A DNA stretch of 61,303 nucleotides from Salinivirgaceae bacterium (GTDB lineage Bacteria > Bacteroidota > Bacteroidia > Bacteroidales > SZUA-534): the NCBI GenBank assembly GCA_024405635.1, contig JAKSOL010000017.1:1-61303 (forward strand), in the 5' to 3' direction. Each line of letters starts with the position of its first letter. The stretch's first letter is position 1. Shown here one piece after another: positions 18,245-28,438 of this stretch. The notes beneath the pieces are model-generated. The model ran no database searches. It worked only from the letters and a program-made list of their open reading frames with translations, and was not told the DNA's origin. Made by a program: the position numbers and the translations under genes.

Positions 18245-21200
18245 TTATTTTTTCATACTCTCCATCAGTTGTTGCATTTGCAATTTCATTGCCTCTAGTT
18301 CTTGCTGAAGGGTATTAACTGTGGATTGAAGTTTGTCGCTTTCAGATTTCAAATTGTCGATTACACCTTGTTGCTCTTTAATTGCCTCGATTAGTATTGG
18401 AGTAAATTTTTCATACGATACTGATTTGTAACCATTTTCGTCAGTTGAAACCAATTCGGGATAAATAGCTTCAACCTCTTGTGCTATTACACCAATTTGT
18501 TTTTCGGCATTGAAACAATAGTCAAGGCTATCGGTTGGCACTCCTTTAAGTGCTGCCATTTCCTCGCGCGATTTCCAGTAATAAGTTACACCACGCAATT
18601 TTAGAACATTACCTAGCGACGAACCAAGGGTTTGCACATCTTTCTTAAGTCGTGCATCAGATGATGCTGATGCTGAAGTGTAGGTTAAAGCACCATTAAT
18701 CCTAAGTGTTTTAGCACTAAAATCTCCATAAATAAGTGGTGTTGTTGTGCTTGAATTGGCTATGTAAAGTTTGTTGCTGCCAGTTTCATTATAGCCAGCA
18801 TCGTATCCAATAAATACATTCCTGCTGCCCTGCACAAGGTTTCTACCAGCACCACTGCCAATAAAAGTATTAAAATCACCCGAATTGAATTTATAACCAG
18901 CATAATAGCCAAAGAATGAATTTTGCCTTCCCGTTGCTTTTACATTTTCATCTAATTCATCTGATGTATTACCATTACCTATGCCAAAGCCGGCCATATC
19001 ACCCACAAACACATTTCCTCCTTTATTACTATCAGTTGATTCAGTGTTATTATAATGATAACCAGCTCTCCAACCAATAAACACATTATGCCATGATATA
19101 GTATTCTTGAATCCTGATTCAAGGCCCAACATTGTGTTGTTACTTCCTGTTGTATTATTATAGGCAGCCCTCCAACCCAAGAACACATTGTTTTCTCCTC
19201 TTGTATTTGAGTAGCCTACACTATTTCCTACCGCCACATTATTTTTTCCTGTGGTGTTGCTAAAACCTGATTTATTACCAATCATCACATTGTCAGAACC
19301 TGAAGTATTAAGCCAAGCTACTTTAAAACCAATAGCCACATTTCTTGTTCCTGAAGTGTTGCTATATCCTGCCTCATCACCTATCATCACATTATATTCG
19401 CCACCCATATTTCCTGAACCAGCATAATCTCCAATAAATACATTACTTTGACCTGTTGTTTGTTGTCCCGCTCTACGACCAATAAGAATATTGCATTGTG
19501 AGGATTTTGAAAGCCAACCCGCTTTTTCACCTATAATAACATTGCTAGTTGCTGTCACTATTGATTTTCCGGCATCATTACCCACAATTACATTATCACT
19601 ACCAGCCCAGTTTGAATAACCAGCATTTGTTCCAACAAAAACGTTGTTTTTTCCCGTTTCATTATTAGTTCCAACTTGGTAACCTAAAAACACGTTGTTG
19701 TAACCTGATGTATTAGCTGCACCAGCATTGTTACCCATAAATGAGTTAGCGGTACCGGTTGTGATTTTTTGGCCAGCATCCAAACCAATCAAGTAGTTCT
19801 TTTGGTTAATATCCATATAGCTTTGGTTTGTGCCATCGGCTTTTTTGCCACTAACTGAAAAACCATTTTCGGCCGACTCGTCAGAAACATGAACGCTAGT
19901 GTTGTCTTTGGTAACCATAAACATATCGTTGTCGGTTCCTTTAGCTCCACTGCGACCACGCACTGCAAATGCTGATTTAGCTGCTTTGCTATCGTCGTCA
20001 TCAACGTAAACTGTTGTTTCTTCGGTGTTTACTGCAAGAATATTGTTTTCGCCTTTAGCTCCGCTACGACCACGCACCGCGAATGCCGATTTTGCTGCTT
20101 TACTATCATCGTCATCAACGTAAACTGTTGTAGCTTCGGTATTTACGGCAAGAATATCATTCTCGCCTTTGGCTCCGCTACGACCACGCACCGCGAATGC
20201 CGATTTAGCTGCTTTGCTATCATCGTCATCAACGTAAACTGTTGTAGCTTCGGTATTTACGGCAAAAATGTCATTGTCGCCTTTGGCTCCGCTACGACCA
20301 CGAACTGCGAATGCCGATTTAGCTGCTTTGCTATCGTCGTCATCAACGTAAACTGTTGTAGCTTCGGTATTTACGGCAAAAATGTCATTGTCGCCTTTGG
20401 CTCCGCTACGACCACGCACCGCGAATGCCGATTTTGCTGCTTTACTATCATCGTCATCAACGTAAACGGTTGTTGATTCAGTATTTACGGCAAAAATATC
20501 GTTCTCGCCTTTGGCCCCGCTACGACCGCGCACTGCGAATGCCGATTTTGCTGCTTTGCTGTCGTCATCGTCAACGTAAATGGTTGTCGATTCAGTATTT
20601 ACGGCAAAAATATCGTTCTCACCTTTGGCCCCGCTACGGCCGCGCACTGCGAATGCCGATTTTGCAGCTTTGCCGCCATCTTCGTCAACGTAAACTGTTG
20701 TTCCATCGGTACCAACTGAAAGAATATCGGTTTCGCCTTTGGCTCCGCTGCGACCGCGTACTGCAAATGCCGATTTTGCTGCTTTGCTATCGTCGTCGTT
20801 TGCGTAAACTACTGTTCCTGTTGGATATACAGCAAATACCACGTTGCCTTCTTTGTCTTTTACCTCAAATAGTGCCTCATCGTCGGCGGCGGTTGATGCT
20901 GCCTGAATGCTGGCCGATTTGAATTCTGAAGTTGGGTCTTGCCATTTTGTGCCAGTGCTTGTACTTGTAAGTACTTGGCCGTTAGTACCTTTTGAGTTGG
21001 CATAGTCGTATATAGAACCACGAACTCGCAAGTTGCCATCAATATCAAGTTTTTGAGTAGGGGCAGTTATTCCTATACCTATTCTATTACCACTGTTGTA
21101 TATGGCATCGTTAGCAACCCAAGTAGTGCCATTGTGGCGTAGGGTTTGACCTTTAGTACCTGAAATGTTCATACCATCGTCACCTTTTGGTCCTTTTAGA

Positions 21201-22384
21201 CTACTAGTTGTATATGATGTTCCATTGGTATAATTAATGGTCAATGTTCCGTCGGGATTGCTTACTGTTGACGCTATTCCCACACCTGTTTTTCCTATTT
21301 CACCTTGTGGAGCACTAAACTCAACCCAATTTGATGCATCGTTTTTTGGTTCCACACTCGAAATAAATTCGGTTGCTGACTGTACTATCCACATTGATGA
21401 ATATCCCCCATTGTTTGATGCAAATACATAATCGCCTGGGTTGTATTTTTTTCCGCTTACCCAAGCGCCTTGGTTGGTTAGACCTATACCTGGATCGCCT
21501 TTTGGACCTTTTAAATTACCCGTAGTAAACGAGTTCCCATTGGTATAGTTAATGGTTAATGTTCCGTCGGGATTGTTTACTGTTGATGCTATGCCTACAC
21601 CATCGTTGCCTTTTAGTTCTGTCTTTTGTGCTTCAGTTAAATCGCTAAAGGTTAACGCATCGCCTTTGTCGCCTTTAAGGCTAGGCGTTGTAAACGAGTT
21701 TCCATCGGTATAGTTAATGGTTAATGTCCCGTCGGGATTGTTTACTGTTGATGCTATGCCTACACCATCGTTGCCTTTTAGTTCTGTCTTTTGTGCTTCA
21801 GTTAAATCGCTAAAGGTTAACGCATCGCCTTTGTCGCCTTTAAGGCTAGGCGTTGTAAACGAGTTTCCATCGGTATAGTTAATGGTTAATGTCCCGTCGG
21901 GATTGCTTACTGCTGACGCTATGCCTACACCATCGTTGCCTTTTAGTTCTGCCTTTTGTGCTTCGGTTAAGTCGCTAAAGGTTAATGCATCGCCTTTATT
22001 ACTATTAGCAGCATATAAAGCGTAAGGCACTGCATTTATTTTGGTTTTGCCAAAGTCAACTGCTTTGCCGTCAATGGTTGCCAACACTTTCATCCACACA
22101 TCGTTGCTTGCCCAATCGACATTGGCTAGGCTACTTTCGCCAATAGGTTTGCCTTCGCCTACATTGGCGGTTAAAATGCCGTAATTGTTAGTTGATACTT
22201 CCTGAGTTTCAGAATAATAAACAACAACATCGTTTTTGTCAACCAATGTTATGGTTAAAGGCACTTTGGTTGATTTTAGAACTTCGCCTTTTGCATTGCG
22301 TACCACTGCTTGGTACGAAAAACTTTGAGCGCTGATTTGCATAGCAAATGCTACTGTAATCAGCATTAGGAACATCTTTTTCAT
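18245..22384 (-). CDS. Secreted tail-fibre-like protein A with C-terminal Peptidase S74 intramolecular chaperone
   Basis: Signal peptide (..ISAQ), SYQAVVRN N-domain, collagen-like/55-aa repeats, 8 x 38-aa repeats, NVFxG..AG beta-helix repeats, SDARLKK...GVIAQEVE..YPELV S74 domain and coiled coil. TAGTTTTG -7 box at 22414-22421 supports ATG 22384. Confidence 0.85.
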   Translation of the reverse strand: MKKMFLMLITVAFAMQISAQSFSYQAVVRNAKGEVLKSTKVPLTITLVDKNDVVVYYSETQEVSTNNYGILTANVGEGKPIGESSLANVDWASNDVWMKVLATIDGKAVDFGKTKINAVPYALYAANSNKGDALTFSDLTEAQKAELKGNDGVGIASAVSNPDGTLTINYTDGNSFTTPSLKGDKGDALTFSDLTEAQKTELKGNDGVGIASTVNNPDGTLTINYTDGNSFTTPSLKGDKGDALTFSDLTEAQKTELKGNDGVGIASTVNNPDGTLTINYTNGNSFTTGNLKGPKGDPGIGLTNQGAWVSGKKYNPGDYVFASNNGGYSSMWIVQSATEFISSVEPKNDASNWVEFSAPQGEIGKTGVGIASTVSNPDGTLTINYTNGTSYTTSSLKGPKGDDGMNISGTKGQTLRHNGTTWVANDAIYNSGNRIGIGITAPTQKLDIDGNLRVRGSIYDYANSKGTNGQVLTSTSTGTKWQDPTSEFKSASIQAASTAADDEALFEVKDKEGNVVFAVYPTGTVVYANDDDSKAAKSAFAVRGRSGAKGETDILSVGTDGTTVYVDEDGGKAAKSAFAVRGRSGAKGENDIFAVNTESTTIYVDDDDSKAAKSAFAVRGRSGAKGENDIFAVNTESTTVYVDDDDSKAAKSAFAVRGRSGAKGDNDIFAVNTEATTVYVDDDDSKAAKSAFAVRGRSGAKGDNDIFAVNTEATTVYVDDDDSKAAKSAFAVRGRSGAKGENDILAVNTEATTVYVDDDDSKAAKSAFAVRGRSGAKGENNILAVNTEETTVYVDDDDSKAAKSAFAVRGRSGAKGTDNDMFMVTKDNTSVHVSDESAENGFSVSGKKADGTNQSYMDINQKNYLIGLDAGQKITTGTANSFMGNNAGAANTSGYNNVFLGYQVGTNNETGKNNVFVGTNAGYSNWAGSDNVIVGNDAGKSIVTATSNVIIGEKAGWLSKSSQCNILIGRRAGQQTTGQSNVFIGDYAGSGNMGGEYNVMIGDEAGYSNTSGTRNVAIGFKVAWLNTSGSDNVMIGNKSGFSNTTGKNNVAVGNSVGYSNTRGENNVFLGWRAAYNNTTGSNNTMLGLESGFKNTISWHNVFIGWRAGYHYNNTESTDSNKGGNVFVGDMAGFGIGNGNTSDELDENVKATGRQNSFFGYYAGYKFNSGDFNTFIGSGAGRNLVQGSRNVFIGYDAGYNETGSNKLYIANSSTTTPLIYGDFSAKTLRINGALTYTSASASSDARLKKDVQTLGSSLGNVLKLRGVTYYWKSREEMAALKGVPTDSLDYCFNAEKQIGVIAQEVEAIYPELVSTDENGYKSVSYEKFTPILIEAIKEQQGVIDNLKSESDKLQSTVNTLQQELEAMKLQMQQLMESMKK
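19880..20800 (-). repeat. 8 x 114-bp coding tandem repeat (KAAKSAFAVRGRSGAKG...TTVYVDDDDS)
   Basis: Period of 114 nt measured (GAATGCCGAT at 20081 and 20195). Confidence 0.92.
20526..20926. repeat. About 400-bp direct repeat identical to 30219-30619
   Basis: Manual comparison found no mismatch. Offset is 9693 nt. Confidence 0.88.
21505..21996 (-). repeat. 3 x 165-bp coding tandem repeat (KGDALTFSDLTEAQK.ELKGNDGVGIAS..NPDGTLTINYT..)
   Basis: GTTAA(C/T)GCAT recurs at 21651, 21816 and 21981. A partial fourth unit lies near 21180-21290. Confidence 0.92.
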
Positions 22385-22555
22385 AATTGAATATCGTTTG
22401 TTGATTGTAATCACAAAACTAATTGTTTTTTCATATAATTAAGTAAACAAATAATTAATAAAGAGAACCCATTATGAGCGTACATTTTCAACCTCTTGCG
22501 TAATTACGCCTATGTGATTGTCATTGTTAATCAATACCAATATAGGTAGGTGGGC

Positions 22556-22588
22556 AAAAAAACCGAAGACAAATTACCCTTCGGCTTT
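22556..22588 (-). terminator. Terminator after the GLUG gene
   Basis: Minus strand reads AGCCGAAG...CTTCGGTTTTTTT. Confidence 0.7.
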
Positions 22589-22615
22589 GCTTTTTATCAA
22601 TTTAGTTGTGGCTCA

Positions 22616-25600
22616 TTACAAAACCACCACCCTTGTTACTTCTGAACCTATCCGAACTACATACACACCAGGACTTACACTTATTTGCCGGTCGGTGCCA
22701 GAATAAACCTCTACTCCCGACATGTTAAAAATATGGCATTCCGAAGTTGTTCCTTCTATTATGATAGTTGACTTTTGCGAATAGACATATCCATGTGTTT
22801 TTTCATAAACATTGGTTTCATCTTTGGCAAAGATGGCAATTAGATTCATGTCATTAACAGCCTCAATGGTTCTTTCCAAATCAGTAACTCCATCGCTCCA
22901 GCCAACAAATGTTGCACTTTTATTAGGTTGTGCCGAAATCAACACTTTTGATCCGTAATCATACAAACCGCTTCCTATGCCTAATCCATTGTCAGCCTCT
23001 ACAATAATTGCCACAGACTCTTCGCCCGATTTTGAACCATCATTCATATAATAAGCATAAAGCGTGGCATCCGAATTGAGTTCAGAAGACAGCTGCATCC
23101 GTTTTCCATAGCCATTAGGCTGGGTATACCAAAGACTAATCTTTCCCTCAGATTCTAACTGAGGTAACGTAATGTTACCACTATTGGCATATACCACCGA
23201 TTCATAATTGTTAGCCTCATCAATCAATGTCAGTTTGTAAACAACATCGCCATACAATTTAGGGGATACATCGGTTCCTATTGTTTGACGCCATACAACA
23301 TTGTTTGAGCTGTTTGATTTATTCAACAAGTAGCATACCTCGCCACTAGCAAAGTCAGCACTAGGCTTTCCAAACAAAAATTCGCCCTCGCCAATTCCCC
23401 AACGAAGGCCTTGCATTGATGTCAATTCATTATTGTAGAAGCAATTGTCAATAACATTTTCACCAATTCCAACTACAGCTCCATTATAGCCTCCTTGGTC
23501 GAATAACCTGCCATTTACATAGCAATTATACAGAGTTGACTGTTCACCCAATTCTCCCACTATTCCACCAGTCCTATCTGAACCGCCTTCTTTGCTGTTT
23601 AGTGAGTAACAATCGGCAATAGAGCTAGATACAGTTTCTCCACAAATACAACTCACGCTAATACCGAAACCATATACAAATGATGACTCAACGTAGCACT
23701 TGTTTATGCTTGAATTGAAAGAGAATCCGCACAGAGCTGCAATTTTTTCATTTGCAACAAATACAGAGTTCTTTACCCCTACATTTTTAATAGAGGCACC
23801 TCTAGTGCGACCAAACAAACCTACAAATGGTTGAGAAGTGTTGTTAAAGAACAATCCTGACACGAAGTGTCCCTGACCATCGAAAGTGCCAGAATAATCG
23901 ACAACTGCACTTCCGTCTTGGCAACCAATTGGAGTCCAAGCTACAGGATTGTCGTTATTTATTCCTACAAAATCACCACTCCAATAATTATATTGAGCGC
24001 CACAAGGATCGCCATTGCTGTAAAACAAATCATCGTTAACAAACACATCGGCCACAAGCCTACCATTGATGGTTGGGTCGGTTGAATTGACCATCTCAGC
24101 AAAACTGTATAATTGTCCCATGTTTGCAATATCATACCATTCAGTTCCTTCTTCAACAACTGGCACTACAGGCTGATATGTGTTGCAATAGGAGCAAATA
24201 CCATTTACATAATTGTGCTCACCCACAACAAGACCTTCATCAACATTCGAATAATGAGCACCATCATCCATGTTTTCGCAATGTATGCTACCGCATTTAT
24301 ATACAATGTTTCCTGCAAATGATGGATAAGAATCCGTTTCTAAGTTTTGTCGCCATACCACATCTGGGCTACTGCTTTTTTCATTTAGTTTATAGCAAGC
24401 CTCGCCATTTTTAAATAATTCCATCGGTAGCCCATACACCTGTCCTGGTTTGTCGGGCTCTCTTACGTTGTCGGGGATAGCCCCAATGTAGTAATAGCAA
24501 CGTTGAACAGAAGCTAATGATGAGCCAAAAATCGCACCATAATTGAACACGCCTGTAACCTCGCCTATTGAGTAGCAATTTTTAAGTATAGCAGACTTTT
24601 CGTTTTTACCACAAACTCCACCTACCTTTGAGTGCCCAACTATTTTAGACAAGTTGAATGACTTTTCTATAGTGCCAAAGTTTACTGCGCAAATTCCGCC
24701 AGCCGACTCCATCTGCACATCCACCATGCCATTATTGAAGCACTGCGAAACCGTTTCTAAATTGTTGCCACAGATACCGCCTGCCCCATATACACAATCA
24801 ACCTTGCCTACGTTTGATGAGTTTGTAATAGTGCCACTATTGTTACCGCATATGCCGCCACCAATTCCAATTTGCGCCTTTACTGTGGCTTTATTTGTAC
24901 AACCTGCAATTGTGCCACCATTGTTGAAGCCACATATGCCACCAACCATGCTTTGACCATTGATGTAGGAATTAGACAATGTTAGGTTTTTGATGGTTGC
25001 ACCACTGACATTTCCAAAAAGGCCAGCAAGATCCAACTGGCTGTCGTTTAGATACAAACCGCTGATTGTATGACCATTACCATCGAACATACCTTTATAG
25101 GCAACCCAAAGACCATTGTAGAATCCTATTGGCTCCCACCGACGCAGCGAAGCACTGTCTGCTACCAAATTGCCTTCTTGGTCAAGCACTTGACTGTTTA
25201 TTGTAATGTCATTTGTCAATCGGCCATTGATTGCTGGAGAATCAGTATTTGCCTTATGCGCGAACCAGTATAGTTGCCCGGCATTAACTATATCGTACCA
25301 CACAACACCGTCTTCCTCAACTGGGGTAATAGATTGCAACTCTCCGCAATAATCACAAAAGCCATTGGTAAAATTATGATTTCCCGTTGTCAATCCTTGT
25401 TGTGTATTGCTGTATACTAACGATAGAATATCGTTTGAACAACGACGAGCTCCACTGGCATATATGGTAAGACCCGATGCGGTTGGCGACAAATGAGTAT
25501 TGTTAGACAAGGTTTGTCCCCATGCATTCATGCCGTTTCCTTCATTAAGAAGAAAACATACCTCTCCACTTTTGAACTGCGAAGTTGTTTTTCCAACAAC

Positions 25601-28408
25601 ATCTATTCCTAATGTTTGACCATGTACTCCATTATCTACCAAATCGGTATTGTAAAAACAATTGTCATAATTGGACGATAACGAATATCCGCACAAGCTT
25701 GCCGCATATATATCGCCATCAACAACAGCAGTACTATAGCAATTTTGGAAATTTGCATTTTTCGACATACCACAAAGACCTCCTACATAGCATTTACCCT
25801 TAAAGAAACTATTGGTCACACCTATATTTCTAAGAGTTCCCTCGCAACTTGCAAACATACCAACATAGTATTTATTGCTATTTACATACAAGCCTGATAT
25901 GGTATGGCATTGGCCATCAAAAACACCCGAGTAACTGTTTGTAAGACTCTCACCAAGTATTGGTGTCCAATCTTTTAGTCCTTGCAAAACAGCGCCATCG
26001 GCGCCAAACACCTGCGAGTTATAAACAATGTCAGCTGTCAGCTTTGCATTCAAATCGTTTCTTCCCGAATTTACTTCGTTAGCAAACCAAAGCAGTTGAC
26101 CAATTGTTGCTATTGTATACCATGTGGTATCATTAGCTACAACAGTTGGCGCTGATTTATACTCTCCACAAACTGTACATATTCCATCGGCACCAAAACT
26201 ATGAGAATACGATGTTGACACTATTGGGCTGTTAGAATAGCGACGTTTACACGAACCGCTAAAGCCAGAATAAACCACTTGACCAGAAGCCTGTGGATAG
26301 GCCTGCGAAACAAGAGTTTGATGCCATACATTGTCAACAGAACCTTGCTTGCCATTTAGCAGATAGCATGCCTCGCCACTTGCAAAGCTTGACGAAGCCA
26401 ACCCTTCTACTTGTCCAAGTTCATCGCACTCGTCAATTCCTTTGGTTGAACAAATAAATTGATCATAATAGCAATTGGCTATTGACGAAGCCATGTTGGT
26501 ACCAATCATTGAGCCAACGTGTTTTATTCCGGAAACTCTTGCTAAAGAGTAACAACTTGTGATGGTGTTATTCATCATGCTGTTTCCACATATGGCACCA
26601 ACATAAAATCGTCCCTTAAAGTAAGAGTCAACAACACCAACATTTTTAATTGTTGCGCCATACGCCAATCCTACCAATCCTGCATAGTTATCAATGCTCT
26701 CATTTTGATACAATCCACTAATAACATACCCCTGTCCATCAAAGATACCGCTATAATATACCTTATTGGGGCCATGTTTTTTTGTTCTCTCTCCGCCTAT
26801 AGGATTCCAGGTACGGAATGTTTCAGTACTGGGAGAGTGGTTATCAATGCTGTTTAATACATTCGGGTTTATTGTAACATTAGATACCAAACGTCCATTT
26901 AGCGCGCTATTGCCATTGAAAATGGTGTCTGAGAACCAATACAATTGGCCTGCATTTGAAATCTCGTACCATTCTGCACCATTATCGACAACTTTACTTG
27001 CTGGTTCAAATGCATTGCAAATACTGCAAAAACCATTGTGGTAATCATGGGGTAAAGCTGGTATTCTTAAATCGTACAATGTGCAAACTTGTTTGTCATC
27101 GTTTAAGTAGGCACCACACACTAGGCATCGATAGTGAGACTTCATTCCATACGTGCAAGTTGGAGCCAATTCGTCCTTATGTTGCAAATAATCATGAGTG
27201 CGGCAGTTCATATAACAACCGTTATAGAAATAAACCTTTTCACCATTAAAGACTGGAGCCTCTTGCTTACCATCGCCAGACAAGTTTTGTCCCCACTGGA
27301 TAGTATTCTGCTCGCTACTATTTAACAAATGACATAAATAACCATTGTTGAACTGTGCTTGAGTGAGCCCTACCAAACGACTAACATTCCAATCTACTCC
27401 AACTGAATCATTAAAATCAGAATTATAGTAACAAGTATCAATATAAGCGGCACCAATTTTACCAAACAAACCGCCGTACGCTACTTTAATATTTTCTATC
27501 TTAGGATAACTAAAACAAGCATACACGCGTTTACAATCTTCTACATATCCTATAACACCACCCACATTCTCACTGCCCGCAACATTGCCAATATTATATG
27601 AATTCAATATGTAATTGGTCCAATATGTCACACCTGCCACTCCACCTACGTTTTTTGTTCCTTGTATATTGCCTTCGTTATAAGAATTAGCTATGTCGGT
27701 GTCGTAGTCGGAATATCCACAGATACCACCAACTGTCTCTTTCCCTACTACTTTGGCATAATTTACACAATTTATTAAATGTGCACCGTTGTAAATATGG
27801 CCCGCCACTCCTCCTACGTTAATCTCTCCCTCAACAAGACCATTAAAAGAGCAATGTCTTAACTCCCGGGCAAAAATATATCCGGCAATGCCGCCAACAT
27901 CTTCCTTGCCCCGAACATAACTATCGACAAAATGCAATGAGTCAACAGCACTATTAGATCCAAGAATTTTAAAAAAACCATTTTTGGTGTTATCATTATT
28001 TAGATACATACCATAAATAGTATGTCCTCCTCCATGAAAATTCTCATTAAACTGCTCAATGGATAGGCACTTCTTCAAGTTTGAAGTATCTGATGTCAGT
28101 GTGCCATCGGCATTCAGCACATTGGCATTGAGTTGAATATCATCCATCAAATAGAAATTACAGCCAATTCCATAATTTTGATGATCGTTCAGAAACTCAA
28201 TCATTCCCATCAACTCAGCTCCCGTATATATGTAATAGCTAGTATATATATCACCAAACTTGCTACCATCTATCGTTCCATCCCACACATCAAGAGCCTT
28301 CACCTTGTTGTTTGGTGCGATGCATAGCAGCAACATGAACGAAAGCAATACTGATTTCGCACTAGGGATCATTTTTCGACATTTTATTCCAAGATGCTTG
28401 CTATTCAT
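22616..28408 (-). CDS. Large secreted GLUG-motif repeat protein with Cys-rich linkers, InlB-B-like repeats and a probable T9SS C-terminal sorting domain
   Basis: Signal peptide; five modules, four starting W-Y-x-I-xxx-GQL; VGGICG/GLUG motifs; FVGWSDG repeat; C-terminus IFNMSG...PGVYVVRIG. Confidence 0.8.
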   Translation of the reverse strand: MNSKHLGIKCRKMIPSAKSVLLSFMLLLCIAPNNKVKALDVWDGTIDGSKFGDIYTSYYIYTGAELMGMIEFLNDHQNYGIGCNFYLMDDIQLNANVLNADGTLTSDTSNLKKCLSIEQFNENFHGGGHTIYGMYLNNDNTKNGFFKILGSNSAVDSLHFVDSYVRGKEDVGGIAGYIFARELRHCSFNGLVEGEINVGGVAGHIYNGAHLINCVNYAKVVGKETVGGICGYSDYDTDIANSYNEGNIQGTKNVGGVAGVTYWTNYILNSYNIGNVAGSENVGGVIGYVEDCKRVYACFSYPKIENIKVAYGGLFGKIGAAYIDTCYYNSDFNDSVGVDWNVSRLVGLTQAQFNNGYLCHLLNSSEQNTIQWGQNLSGDGKQEAPVFNGEKVYFYNGCYMNCRTHDYLQHKDELAPTCTYGMKSHYRCLVCGAYLNDDKQVCTLYDLRIPALPHDYHNGFCSICNAFEPASKVVDNGAEWYEISNAGQLYWFSDTIFNGNSALNGRLVSNVTINPNVLNSIDNHSPSTETFRTWNPIGGERTKKHGPNKVYYSGIFDGQGYVISGLYQNESIDNYAGLVGLAYGATIKNVGVVDSYFKGRFYVGAICGNSMMNNTITSCYSLARVSGIKHVGSMIGTNMASSIANCYYDQFICSTKGIDECDELGQVEGLASSSFASGEACYLLNGKQGSVDNVWHQTLVSQAYPQASGQVVYSGFSGSCKRRYSNSPIVSTSYSHSFGADGICTVCGEYKSAPTVVANDTTWYTIATIGQLLWFANEVNSGRNDLNAKLTADIVYNSQVFGADGAVLQGLKDWTPILGESLTNSYSGVFDGQCHTISGLYVNSNKYYVGMFASCEGTLRNIGVTNSFFKGKCYVGGLCGMSKNANFQNCYSTAVVDGDIYAASLCGYSLSSNYDNCFYNTDLVDNGVHGQTLGIDVVGKTTSQFKSGEVCFLLNEGNGMNAWGQTLSNNTHLSPTASGLTIYASGARRCSNDILSLVYSNTQQGLTTGNHNFTNGFCDYCGELQSITPVEEDGVVWYDIVNAGQLYWFAHKANTDSPAINGRLTNDITINSQVLDQEGNLVADSASLRRWEPIGFYNGLWVAYKGMFDGNGHTISGLYLNDSQLDLAGLFGNVSGATIKNLTLSNSYINGQSMVGGICGFNNGGTIAGCTNKATVKAQIGIGGGICGNNSGTITNSSNVGKVDCVYGAGGICGNNLETVSQCFNNGMVDVQMESAGGICAVNFGTIEKSFNLSKIVGHSKVGGVCGKNEKSAILKNCYSIGEVTGVFNYGAIFGSSLASVQRCYYYIGAIPDNVREPDKPGQVYGLPMELFKNGEACYKLNEKSSSPDVVWRQNLETDSYPSFAGNIVYKCGSIHCENMDDGAHYSNVDEGLVVGEHNYVNGICSYCNTYQPVVPVVEEGTEWYDIANMGQLYSFAEMVNSTDPTINGRLVADVFVNDDLFYSNGDPCGAQYNYWSGDFVGINNDNPVAWTPIGCQDGSAVVDYSGTFDGQGHFVSGLFFNNTSQPFVGLFGRTRGASIKNVGVKNSVFVANEKIAALCGFSFNSSINKCYVESSFVYGFGISVSCICGETVSSSIADCYSLNSKEGGSDRTGGIVGELGEQSTLYNCYVNGRLFDQGGYNGAVVGIGENVIDNCFYNNELTSMQGLRWGIGEGEFLFGKPSADFASGEVCYLLNKSNSSNNVVWRQTIGTDVSPKLYGDVVYKLTLIDEANNYESVVYANSGNITLPQLESEGKISLWYTQPNGYGKRMQLSSELNSDATLYAYYMNDGSKSGEESVAIIVEADNGLGIGSGLYDYGSKVLISAQPNKSATFVGWSDGVTDLERTIEAVNDMNLIAIFAKDETNVYEKTHGYVYSQKSTIIIEGTTSECHIFNMSGVEVYSGTDRQISVSPGVYVVRIGSEVTRVVVL

Positions 28409-28438
28409 GATTCAATTGTTTACAGATTTATCACCGAC

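Noticed and set aside
14371-18520. Diversity-generating retroelement template/variable repeat pair
   Set aside because: There is no reverse transcriptase in the window, and neither this match nor the 400-bp repeat shows adenine-specific mismatches.
19880-20800. CRISPR-like pattern of a conserved block plus a variable spacer
   Set aside because: The period is 114 nt and in frame inside a long ORF, the 'spacers' are homologous to each other, and there are no cas genes.
20425-20922. 165-aa plus-strand ORF duplicated at 30118-30615
   Set aside because: It is the antisense shadow of the coding repeat; the duplication simply reflects the shared DNA.
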